A stretch of 64,000 bases of DNA from Candidatus Poribacteria bacterium. GTDB lineage: Bacteria > Poribacteria > WGA-4E > PCPOR2b. A model generated the notes under the pieces. The model ran no database searches, was not told the origin of the DNA, and saw only the letters and a program-made list of their open reading frames with translations. The stretch is from positions 1,952,001 to 2,016,000 of the forward strand of contig OZ244587.1 in assembly GCA_965218095.1 (NCBI GenBank), given 5' to 3'. Below are positions 39,428 to 49,672 of this stretch, one piece after another. A program made the translations under genes and the position numbers. Position 1 is the first letter of the stretch; each line of letters starts with the position of its first letter.

Positions 39428-40270
39428 TTATTTCAGATCCCAAATCTCTGCCGCTGTGCTGCCCAAAATGCGTTCACGCTTGTCGTCCGTCAGGAAGGGC
39501 AGACCTTCCCGGATGAGGCGCAATTCCTGCTCCAGGGTTGGCCAATTGTGCTTGAGGCGATGATGACCGGGATACCCCGTCCCCCACACCATCCGTTCAG
39601 CCCCAAAGGCTTGCAGTAACTTCTGGATGAACGGGTGCACATCGGCGTAGGGAAAATTCTGGCTGGAGCGGCCGGCGACATCCGACAACTTCAGGTACAC
39701 ATTGTCGTATCGGGCGAGATCTATGATTGGCTGAAATGCCCTTTCGCCGGCATCGACCTGCGGATAGCCCATGTGGTCCAGGATGAGCTTCAAGTGTGCA
39801 TACCGCCCTGCAATCACTGCCACTTGGTCGGCGAACTCCGCCCGCAGGTGGAACTGGATAATCGCGTCAAGCGAGGCGATCTCTTCCCACAAGGGTTCGG
39901 TCTGTCGAGTTAGTAGAATCTTTTCACCGGGATAGTACAATGGGTGAAAGCGAAATCCGGCCAATCCGCGCTCCTTCACCCAATAGCGTGCTTGCTCCGC
40001 ATTGTTCGGGTCTTGAGGGTCGATCAATCCATGCCCGATGAAACGGTCTGGAAAGCGGGCGACAGAATCGGCGATGTAGCCATTGTCCCAGGTCGACCAA
40101 CTGGTCTGCACCAGTACCGCCCAATCTACGCCGTGTGCGTCCATCTCCGCCAAGAGTTCGTCGGCGGTACCCGGCTCGTCGGGATAGGAATTCCAGTTGG
40201 GCGCGGTCGGACCCACCGGATATTTGGGCGGATCTATTTCCCAGACATGGACGTGGGTATCTACAATCAT
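39428..40270 (-). CDS. Amidohydrolase_2 family protein (lactonase-like)
   Basis: IVDTHVHVW, ILDHMG, VYLKLS, RMVWGTGYP. Confidence 0.9.
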   Translation of the reverse strand: MIVDTHVHVWEIDPPKYPVGPTAPNWNSYPDEPGTADELLAEMDAHGVDWAVLVQTSWSTWDNGYIADSVARFPDRFIGHGLIDPQDPNNAEQARYWVKERGLAGFRFHPLYYPGEKILLTRQTEPLWEEIASLDAIIQFHLRAEFADQVAVIAGRYAHLKLILDHMGYPQVDAGERAFQPIIDLARYDNVYLKLSDVAGRSSQNFPYADVHPFIQKLLQAFGAERMVWGTGYPGHHRLKHNWPTLEQELRLIREGLPFLTDDKRERILGSTAAEIWDLK

Positions 40271-40430
40271 AAAAGCTCCTTTTCATACCGGGATGTGTCT
40301 ATCACTAAACCTCATACAAACCCCGCATCAGATGCATTACGCTGTGAAACGTAAAACGTAACGATTCGAGGCTTTACGTTTTATGCGTTACAGGGTGTGC
40401 CAGAATCATAAAAATCCAAACAGTATAGTA

Positions 40431-41354
40431 TCAGTGACTTTCTCTCAGCGCATGTTCTTCCCTCATCAGGGCGCCTACCATGGCATGCACTCGCGGCAAG
40501 TCCTGCGGTACGACATCTTCGGCAAAAGGAATTACCGGCCCGCCGGCCAGCCCTGCGTGGTCCATGGCAGCGTGCAGCGCCGAACTGCTGTAGCGGGCAG
40601 CGTTCTCGCCACGCAAATCCTCGAACGGCACCATCAGCGCACGGAGGCGTTCAGCTTCTGCCTTATCGCCAGCGGCAAATTTGCACCGCAGCGTCAGGCT
40701 CATTCGCGGCACGAAATTCGCCATGCCCGAACTGAAACCAACCGCGCCGTGTGCCATGTAATCGATGCAGGGGTCTTCTGCCATACCACAGACCATCGCC
40801 GCGCGATCTCCTGCCCTTTCTGCAATTCTATCAAAGGCATCTAAGTCATCCACTGCATACTTTAGACCGACCACGTCGTCCAGTTCACAGAGATTGATCA
40901 CATCGTCCACCGGCATAATGTCCAACCGTCGCTGGTAAAGGACCGTGGGCAACTGCACCGCTTTTGTGAGCTCCCTGAGTCCGTTGTAAACGCCGTTGGC
41001 AGAGGCAGGGCCGACCACCGGCATAATCATCACGCCGGCGACGCCCAGTGACCGGACGATATGTCCCATCTCCAAGGCTCGCCCAAATCCCGGACCGATA
41101 CCCGGCACGATATACGCCGCATCCCCAGCTTCGTCAAGGAATGTCCCCACCACGGCTTTGTACTCCTCCAGACTGGCATCGTAGACCATGCCGGTGCCGC
41201 ACTCCGGCATGATGAAGTCCACGCCGTGCTGGATGAGGTAGCGGACGTTTTTCCTTACGCCTTCCAAATCCACTTGCCGGTCTTCCTGTCGTGGTGTAAT
41301 GGCAACCACCAGGACGTTGCGGCATGCTTCTCTATCCAAGCGCTTCTTACCCAT
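40431..41354 (-). CDS. DHDPS/KDG-dehydratase family aldolase
   Basis: VAITP, CGTG, VLYQR, VGLKYA, GAVGFSSG.ANF.P. Confidence 0.85.
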   Translation of the reverse strand: MGKKRLDREACRNVLVVAITPRQEDRQVDLEGVRKNVRYLIQHGVDFIMPECGTGMVYDASLEEYKAVVGTFLDEAGDAAYIVPGIGPGFGRALEMGHIVRSLGVAGVMIMPVVGPASANGVYNGLRELTKAVQLPTVLYQRRLDIMPVDDVINLCELDDVVGLKYAVDDLDAFDRIAERAGDRAAMVCGMAEDPCIDYMAHGAVGFSSGMANFVPRMSLTLRCKFAAGDKAEAERLRALMVPFEDLRGENAARYSSSALHAAMDHAGLAGGPVIPFAEDVVPQDLPRVHAMVGALMREEHALRESH

Positions 41355-41355
41355 T

Positions 41356-42396
41356 CTATGCTCCTCCTCGATATTTCGCCAGTTTTTCCTGAAACGACTT
41401 CCGCTCAAGAACCTCCTGATTCACCACATTATCTGGAATTTCGCCCTGTGAAACCTGAATCGCCTTCTGACAGTTTAGTCTACCGATGTCCCGGTAGCAC
41501 TCCTCCGTCAAAGCGATGGCGTGAGGGGACACAATGACGTTATCCAATTTTAACAACGGCTCATTGGGGTCCACCGGCTCTTGTTCAAAGACATCAATGC
41601 CCGCGCCCCGGATGCGCCTTTCCTGCAAAACCTGCGTCAACACGCGTTGATCAACGATGGGACCCCGGGCGGTGTTGATAAAAAACGCCGTCGGCTTCAT
41701 GAGTGCGAACTCTTTTTCGCCGATAAGTCCGCGAGTCTCGTCAGTCAGCGGACAGGTGACACACACGTAATCGGATTCCCGCATCACGGTAGGCAGATCG
41801 ACAATCTCCACGTTTAGAGATCTGGCAAGCTCCGGCGAAATATAGGGGTCAAACGTCAGGAATCGCATGCCGAACAGCTGTAGCAAGCGAAACAGTTCGG
41901 AGGAGATGTTCCCAAGCCCAACCGATCCCAGCGTGCGCCCTATTAGGTCAACACCGACCTCCAACCCGTCTCGCCAAGTTCCGGCGCGCGTCACGCGGTC
42001 ATGCCCGAAGATGTTTTTCGAGAGCGCAAACATGAGCCCAATAATGCCTTCCGCCACGGGACGGCGCACACCGCTTGGCGTGATAGCAACCATCACATCC
42101 GCTTCAGTCGCTGCCTGGAGATCGACGTTATCGTAGCCGACCCCGTGCCTTGCAAGCAGAACTAATCGATCCGCCCCCTCAAATGTCTCACGGGGATACT
42201 TCCCTCCTAGGGCGATGAAGGCATCCAGACCGCGTATCTCATCGGGCGGGACAAACGGACGATCGCGTTTGATAAAGGTATATTCGATGTGTGCTTCTTG
42301 ATCCAAGAGATCTAGCCCAACGTCCTTGAAGCGAACTTTGCCATCTGCCCCAAGGAAACCGGGCGTCAATCCGACACGGAATGTTTCGTGTTTCAT
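41356..42396 (-). CDS. D-2-hydroxyacid dehydrogenase family protein
   Basis: GVGYDNVD, VGLGNI, INTARG, DVFEQEP, SPH. Confidence 0.92.
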   Translation of the reverse strand: MKHETFRVGLTPGFLGADGKVRFKDVGLDLLDQEAHIEYTFIKRDRPFVPPDEIRGLDAFIALGGKYPRETFEGADRLVLLARHGVGYDNVDLQAATEADVMVAITPSGVRRPVAEGIIGLMFALSKNIFGHDRVTRAGTWRDGLEVGVDLIGRTLGSVGLGNISSELFRLLQLFGMRFLTFDPYISPELARSLNVEIVDLPTVMRESDYVCVTCPLTDETRGLIGEKEFALMKPTAFFINTARGPIVDQRVLTQVLQERRIRGAGIDVFEQEPVDPNEPLLKLDNVIVSPHAIALTEECYRDIGRLNCQKAIQVSQGEIPDNVVNQEVLERKSFQEKLAKYRGGA

Positions 42397-42432
42397 AAAT
42401 TTCTCTCTTCAATTTCTCTCTTCCAAGTTTGT

Positions 42433-43740
<1,308 letters not shown>

Positions 43741-43744
43741 TCAA

Positions 43745-44459
43745 ACCTCCTGAGATTCAGGCAAGATCCACCAGCGGTACATTCAATCTCGTAGTTATTC
43801 TTGCGGCACCATGATTGAGTGTCCTTTTGTATCGCATCCAGCTCATCATCAGTCCGATCGGGGTCGTGATGGTAAAGGATCAGGTGTTTCACCGCTACTG
43901 CCGCCGCCAACTCACAGGCTTGACTGACCAGGCTATGTCCTCAGCCACGTTTGTGAGGAATATCTTCCTCCAGATATTGCACGTCGTGAATCAGAACGTC
44001 GGCATAGCGACAGAATTGGGCAAATCTATCGAAATCCGTCACCGGCTTACCGGGCGGATCCAGCTCATTGTTTGGCATATACACGACCAATCTGCCATCA
44101 TGTTCGACACGATAACCATAGCAGCTACCGGGGTGGTTGGTGGCAATTCTTGAGACGTTAAAGCCGTGGTCATGCAGAAATGCCATTGGTATAGACTTTC
44201 CGATTGGGTTGGTAGAGCGGAAGAAAAAACGGAAATCCCTGGATATGGTCCCAATGATCGTGGGTGGGAAGCACATATATATCTGCAGCGTCTTCTGTCA
44301 GCACTTTTCCCAATTCACGGATGCCCGTATCGGCATCAAGAACCAAAATCTTATCTGAACCCTGTTTAATACTGACACAGGACGTGTTACCCCCATAACG
44401 CACCGTAGATGGACCTGGGCTCGGGATTGAACCGCGGATGCCCCAAATTTTACTCCCAT
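43745..44459 (-). pseudogene. MBL-fold metallo-hydrolase, fragmented by frameshifts and deletion
   Basis: WGIRGSIPSPG...YGGNTSCV, THDHWDHIQGFPFF, NHPGSCYGYR, LIHDVQY, YHHDPDRTD spread over different frames. Confidence 0.85.
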
Positions 44460-44579
44460 TGATGATTTCACCTTTTTCCCTTCATCGTATGAGTTTTTCA
44501 AGGGGTAGGATCACCGCATCGCTGAAAAATCGTATCCATCATCTGATCTTTTTCCGACACTGTCCTTTACCTTTCGTTT

Positions 44580-45368
44580 CTATTCTCCCCAGAGTTCACC
44601 GTTATCGGTCAGGATCTCGGGTCCGTCGGAAAGGATGGCGACGGTATGCTCAAAAAGCGCCGATAAGCTACGGTCTGCGGTGATGGCAGTCCAACCGTCG
44701 TCAAGAACGCGGGCTTCGGATGTCCCTGCATTGACCATTGCTTCAATGGCAAATACCATACCGGGTCTCAACCGAACGCCTCTGTTCGGCTCACCAAAAT
44801 TGGGAATTTGAGGTTCCTCATGCATTTTTCGCCCGATCCCATGACCCGTAAAATCCTGAACCGCTGAAAATCCGTTTGATTCCGCGGTGCTTTGCAGGGC
44901 AAAACAGACATCGCCGAGTCGATTGCCTGGCCTTGCAGCGTCAACCGCTTTATAGAGGGCGGCTCTGGTAACATCGAGCAATTTGTGGGCTTCCGGGAAA
45001 ATTCTTCCAACGGGAAAGGTGAAGGCGTTATCGCCGTGATAGCCACCGAGGAAAATTGCCGTATCCACACCGATGATGTTCCCCTCTTTCAAAATACACG
45101 CTTCACTTGGAATGCCGTGAACAATCTGCTCATTGATTGACACACAGATTGTCGCCGGGTATGGGTCATGTCCCGGAAATTGATAACCGAGGAATGATGA
45201 AATGCCGCCTAGTTCCTTGATGGTTTGGCGTGAGATCTGATCTAATTCGTAAGTCGATACACCCGGTTTGACGGCTTCCCCGATTCTCTGTAATACAATT
45301 GATGCAGCTTTACCGCTACGCCGCATTGCCTCGATCTCCGATCGAGATTTGATTCTTATTCTTGCCAT
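44580..45368 (-). CDS. map: Methionine aminopeptidase type I
   Basis: CVSINEQIVHGIP, YHGD, GHGIG..MHEEP, AIE, FEHT. Confidence 0.96.
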   Translation of the reverse strand: MARIRIKSRSEIEAMRRSGKAASIVLQRIGEAVKPGVSTYELDQISRQTIKELGGISSFLGYQFPGHDPYPATICVSINEQIVHGIPSEACILKEGNIIGVDTAIFLGGYHGDNAFTFPVGRIFPEAHKLLDVTRAALYKAVDAARPGNRLGDVCFALQSTAESNGFSAVQDFTGHGIGRKMHEEPQIPNFGEPNRGVRLRPGMVFAIEAMVNAGTSEARVLDDGWTAITADRSLSALFEHTVAILSDGPEILTDNGELWGE

Positions 45369-45443
45369 GTGACTCTTTTCTTGTTGTTTTTGCTGTGTCC
45401 ACGGAGTTGTAATCCAACAAACGCTTATTGTGGAATGGTTTCA

Positions 45444-45799
45444 TTAGAGAGGTAAATATTCAACCCTGTTTACCTAGTCAGATGGTTCTGAAGCCTTGGC
45501 GATGAGCTCCAATTCTCCTACGCACATACCAATTGAGGCGTCCCGTTGATGAACATAGACAACGCCCGCAAAGAATTTTCCACTTTGTTGGCTGGACGCG
45601 GCTATCTTCAGCGGGTCATCATCATGAGAAAACAGTACCCGATTCAGTTGAGTTGCGCGGTCCAAAAGATCTGAATCACCAACTTCATCATAGCCCTCTT
45701 CTTGAGCAGTTAATACATCAACGCCTCTCCTTCTCTAATCACCGGTACGCCTTTTGAATTCAAAACAATATATTTGTGGTATGTTTCAGCAATCGCCAT
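45444..45799 (-). pseudogene. Collapsed DUF433 / DUF5615 (PIN-like) toxin-antitoxin remnant
   Basis: RBS + MAIAETYHKYIVLNSKGVPVI joined out of frame to RRGVDVLTAQEEG...DLLDRATQLNRVLFSHDDD...SEPSD*VNRVEYLPL. Confidence 0.7.
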
Positions 45800-45853
45800 T
45801 TAGTTGACTCCTTTCGATTATTTCAGATAGCAGCCGATTTATCAGTCGAGAAA

Positions 45854-46795
45854 TTAAGCAACCCGTTTCGCCCAAAGATGCTTGATTGTGCTCTTGACAA
45901 TCCGAAGCGGCGAGAAGTTCACAGGCATCATCTCAGGGAACTTGAAATCGGTAGTTTGCACATCTGCGAGGCACTCACCGACAATCTCTATCCGTGTCAA
46001 ATCCGTTTCGCTGACGCCAATCTCTCGTGCGGCGTTCATCAGATCAAACTCTTCGTCAGACAAGCCAACGATTTCCGCATGTACACGATCCAATGCCACC
46101 ACATCCACGCCGCCTGTCAGGAGGCCAAGCGGATAGGCGTCCCCACCACGCGGCCCCACCCGATCCATGGCGACAATCCCATCGACAACGGTAAGCGCAG
46201 GCTTGATCAGTTCGCAATACTCGATCAGCATTTTTCCGAAGATGATCCGATCCTTCCCACGCGAGAGATGGAGATGTGCTTTCCGTTTGCCGGGCACACA
46301 ACCGAAGTTGTTTTTGATTGCCGCCGTCAGTTGCATCTGCTGATGCACTTTCAATTTTGGCACGTTGATGACGACATCCGCTTCGATAACCTCCCGTGCC
46401 AGTTTGTATAATCGCAAGCTGTAATGCGCGGGATGGGGAACTTTCACGGATTGGCTCCAGTCCGTAATCGGCACGCCAAATTCCTCCGCAACCGCCATGA
46501 GTCCAGATCTCCGAGCGACGGTTGTCACATTCCCAAACGCTGGCGAATCGCCGATGAATGGTTTTCCGCCGACCGATTGCACCTCTCGAATTAGCGAGCG
46601 AATGACAGTGTGATGGGTTGAGGTTGGATCATCGGGGTGGGAAGCACCTAGGAGGTTAGGTTTGAGTAAAACCCAATCGCCCGGCTTGACGTAACGAGTA
46701 ATTCCCCCAAGGAGATCCAGCAGATCGGAGACGCCTTGATCAACGCGATCTTGTGAATAGGTGGAACATTTGACGATAGCAACAGTTGCTGACAT
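45854..46795 (-). CDS. DUF362 domain protein
   Basis: VLLKPNLL, IGDSP, INVPKLKVH, AIKNNFGCVPG, DGIVAM..GP.GG, D.VALD. Confidence 0.88.
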   Translation of the reverse strand: MSATVAIVKCSTYSQDRVDQGVSDLLDLLGGITRYVKPGDWVLLKPNLLGASHPDDPTSTHHTVIRSLIREVQSVGGKPFIGDSPAFGNVTTVARRSGLMAVAEEFGVPITDWSQSVKVPHPAHYSLRLYKLAREVIEADVVINVPKLKVHQQMQLTAAIKNNFGCVPGKRKAHLHLSRGKDRIIFGKMLIEYCELIKPALTVVDGIVAMDRVGPRGGDAYPLGLLTGGVDVVALDRVHAEIVGLSDEEFDLMNAAREIGVSETDLTRIEIVGECLADVQTTDFKFPEMMPVNFSPLRIVKSTIKHLWAKRVA

Positions 46796-47064
46796 TGTTA
46801 GTCCTTTCCAAAGAGTCGTGCTGATTGATGGATTCATCAGGAAATTATCAATTTCAGAGAGACAAGATGTAGCGGTAGATGTACACTAATGTGTGAAACT
46901 ACGCTGAATCTTTTCCCAGGGAATGTTTAAACTGACAGCCTGTCACACACGTATGCAGCGAACATGCACCAACACAGGTTTTCTGTGTCCAACACTGTTC
47001 GACAGGTGTCATCTCCCGTAGGGTGTGCTTGAGTTTTTGGCTTCACACGTTAATGTAGATGTGC

Positions 47065-47208
47065 CTACGTTGTCGGTGGGTTTTTGGCGGCGCTGATGCC
47101 GTTTTGATTCGGTCCCCACCACCAGGGCCAATTTTCCTCTGCTGATGCGACTCCAATGGCTGTAAGCCCAATAAGCGTTAAAACCACAGAAACAATTTTG
47201 CGCTCCAT
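47065..47208 (-). pseudogene. N-terminal remnant of a PQQ-like beta-propeller (BamB-like) secreted protein
   Basis: RBS GGAGG, signal peptide, ENWPWWWGPNQNGISAAKNPPTT* (family pattern NWPQWRGP..NG.S...P..W). Confidence 0.6.
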
Positions 47209-47250
47209 TGTTTTTCCTCCGATTCGTAATCTTGAAGTGAGAAATTTGGC

Positions 47251-47313
47251 GCGTAGTCGTTCGCTGTTTTCACAAGGGACAACTGAATATTTGACTTTTA
47301 CGAACGACTACGC
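47251..47313. repeat. GTAG-type inverted repeat
   Basis: GCGTAGTCGTTCG ... CGAACGACTACGC (13 bp). Confidence 0.6.
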
Positions 47314-47356
47314 ATAAGATACCTGCCTTGATAGCAGTCGAGCCCATGCCTCTGTC

Positions 47357-49615
47357 TCAGGGATTCCACCAATACGTCATCTTCCCGATGAGCGTCGATT
47401 CCGCGAGATCAATCTGTGAACCACCGCTTTCATAGATCTGGTTAAAAACAAGGTAGAAATCGCTGCCGGGACGATAAATATAGTTGAGCAGAAAGTTGGC
47501 CGAGATGACATCATCCTCGTTGTTCCACTGGGCGAACAGTTTTGCGAAGAGGATTGTGGAGAAGGAATAGGCGATGCGGGTCGCCAAGACGTTTGCATTG
47601 AAAGAACCGGCAGGGAGTTTGACCCGGTTAAACTGGTACTGAGATTCGACGGCGAGTCGCCTATTCGGTTTGAAGCTGGCATCGATGTCAAAACCCCTTC
47701 GCGTACCGTCGAAGAAATCGCCGACATTCACCCTGAACTCTCCCGCAATCAGTTTGCTTTCATCGGTTTCGACCAAAACACGAAACGATGTGAATTCGTA
47801 CTCGCCGATGGGGATAATGATATCATCCCGGATGTCGAAATTCTCGTCGAGGCGCTCTTTCGTCTGCTGGGCTTGAAGGCTAATCCGCCCACCGTTGTCC
47901 AGCTCAAGCCGTCCGCCGAATATGAGATTGCGAGTTTCCAGTTCATTCTCCTGAGTGAGGATGTAATCAAACTCGGGGCCCACCTGAATCTCACGAATCC
48001 CAAATTTACGTATCCGCGGCGCATAACGCATTTCGCTGCGGATATGACGGCTTCCCTCTCGCCGGACAAATCCAACTTCGGGGTTGAAATTGTCGCCGAT
48101 GTCTGTGTATGAACCTTCCAGTCGAAACAGATCGTCTCGCCAATCTGAACCGATGTACCATGCATCCCCTTGTCCGGAGGTTTCCTCTGAATCAGATGTT
48201 CGAGCCCACAGCCCGCGGATCTCCAGTTTGTCGTCTGGACGATACGAGAAGTCAAGCCCCCCAGCGCGATTGTATGTCTCGGAATCTGCCTGTTTATTGA
48301 TGGCGATTAACCCGATACGAGAACCCCTGAAAATGTCTCGCGTCATCCGCAATACCGAGTAGTTTGTGCGCGGTACATCAACGATTTCATCCGGATCGGT
48401 TACCGAGTCATCAGTGTGAAATTTATCTGTGAACACATTAAGCACACCCACCCCGTAAGGCCCAACCTTGCCCGTGATTTTGCCGCCGTGGCTGATTGGA
48501 ACAGCATGCTCTTCTTCGATACCGATGCGACGGCTATAAAAGAGGAGTAACGGCGGCGGGCGACGGAAGCTAGTGCGTGGAACGCCAAAATCAAAAAGCC
48601 CTGCGCCTTCTAAGAAGAAGGACCGCTTCTCAGGAAAGAACAGGCTGAAGCGAGTAAGATTGACCTGTCCCTCATCGGCTTCGACCTGCGCAAAATCCGT
48701 GTTGAGTGTCAGATCGGCGATGAGATTCGAGGTTAAACCGTACTTAAGATCTAATCCAATCTCGAATTCCCTATCCGTTTCATCATCTTCTTTGATTCGA
48801 CTCACACCGGGTAAAATATAAGGAAGCAACTCGATCTGTCTTTTCGGCGTAATCCCTTCTAATCCTACCAGATTGCCCAAGTAGGCGGTACGGTATTTCG
48901 CCCGTCCACCATACGATGCAGGTACCGATGCCCATGTCCCTTCCTCATTGGTTCGTCGGATTTTCCTCGCGAAATTCAGCCCCCAGGTCATCTGCTCGCT
49001 CTCCTTGAAACGGAGTTGACCGAAGGGGATGGCAATTTCTGAGGTCCAGCGGTCGGAATGGATCTGACTTCGACAATCTACCACTGCATCCCAATTTCGG
49101 TTGAAGCTATCTCCGCTATTGGTTATTGCGGTATCCTGTACCGCTCCCAACGCATTAACACGGAATGCAACACCGCTACGTTTATCGTTGTAGGTGTCGA
49201 GGATGAGAAAAATGTTGTCGTTCTCGTGCAAGTTGCGTGCGTCACGGCGCATCTCGTTGGCAACCAGTCTGGAGATGTCCGAATCAAAACAGGTAAAACC
49301 GAAGTAGATGTTTTTCTGATTATAGAGGATGCGGACTTCGGTGGGTTGGGTCATTGGCTTTCCTGCGTCTGGTTCGACTTGAGTAAATTGCCCGACAGGT
49401 TTGGCATCTTGCCAATCGGGCTCATTGAAATCGCCGTCAATCTCGATACTGCCAAAAGTCCGGTGGGCTTCTGCCTGATATTCGATGGGACCCAGATCCG
49501 CGCTCACGATAAAGGGAAATAACAAAAAGGCAATTGCAAAAAAGAAAAACCCATATTTCCAGCACGGTGATAACGAATCGCCGCGCTGGGAGTAGAGCGG
49601 TAGATGATGAATCAT
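47357..49615 (-). CDS. CBM9-like + DUF5916 outer-membrane protein
   Basis: IDGDFNEPDW, EIAIPF..LRF, LNTDFAQVEAD...NLTRFSLFFPEKR.FFLEG, YSRRIG. Confidence 0.88.
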   Translation of the reverse strand: MIHHLPLYSQRGDSLSPCWKYGFFFFAIAFLLFPFIVSADLGPIEYQAEAHRTFGSIEIDGDFNEPDWQDAKPVGQFTQVEPDAGKPMTQPTEVRILYNQKNIYFGFTCFDSDISRLVANEMRRDARNLHENDNIFLILDTYNDKRSGVAFRVNALGAVQDTAITNSGDSFNRNWDAVVDCRSQIHSDRWTSEIAIPFGQLRFKESEQMTWGLNFARKIRRTNEEGTWASVPASYGGRAKYRTAYLGNLVGLEGITPKRQIELLPYILPGVSRIKEDDETDREFEIGLDLKYGLTSNLIADLTLNTDFAQVEADEGQVNLTRFSLFFPEKRSFFLEGAGLFDFGVPRTSFRRPPPLLLFYSRRIGIEEEHAVPISHGGKITGKVGPYGVGVLNVFTDKFHTDDSVTDPDEIVDVPRTNYSVLRMTRDIFRGSRIGLIAINKQADSETYNRAGGLDFSYRPDDKLEIRGLWARTSDSEETSGQGDAWYIGSDWRDDLFRLEGSYTDIGDNFNPEVGFVRREGSRHIRSEMRYAPRIRKFGIREIQVGPEFDYILTQENELETRNLIFGGRLELDNGGRISLQAQQTKERLDENFDIRDDIIIPIGEYEFTSFRVLVETDESKLIAGEFRVNVGDFFDGTRRGFDIDASFKPNRRLAVESQYQFNRVKLPAGSFNANVLATRIAYSFSTILFAKLFAQWNNEDDVISANFLLNYIYRPGSDFYLVFNQIYESGGSQIDLAESTLIGKMTYWWNP

Positions 49616-49672
49616 AAACGTCTATCCTTTCGTCTTTGATTTGAAAATGCGGCATTCAAACTTTACTCCATC

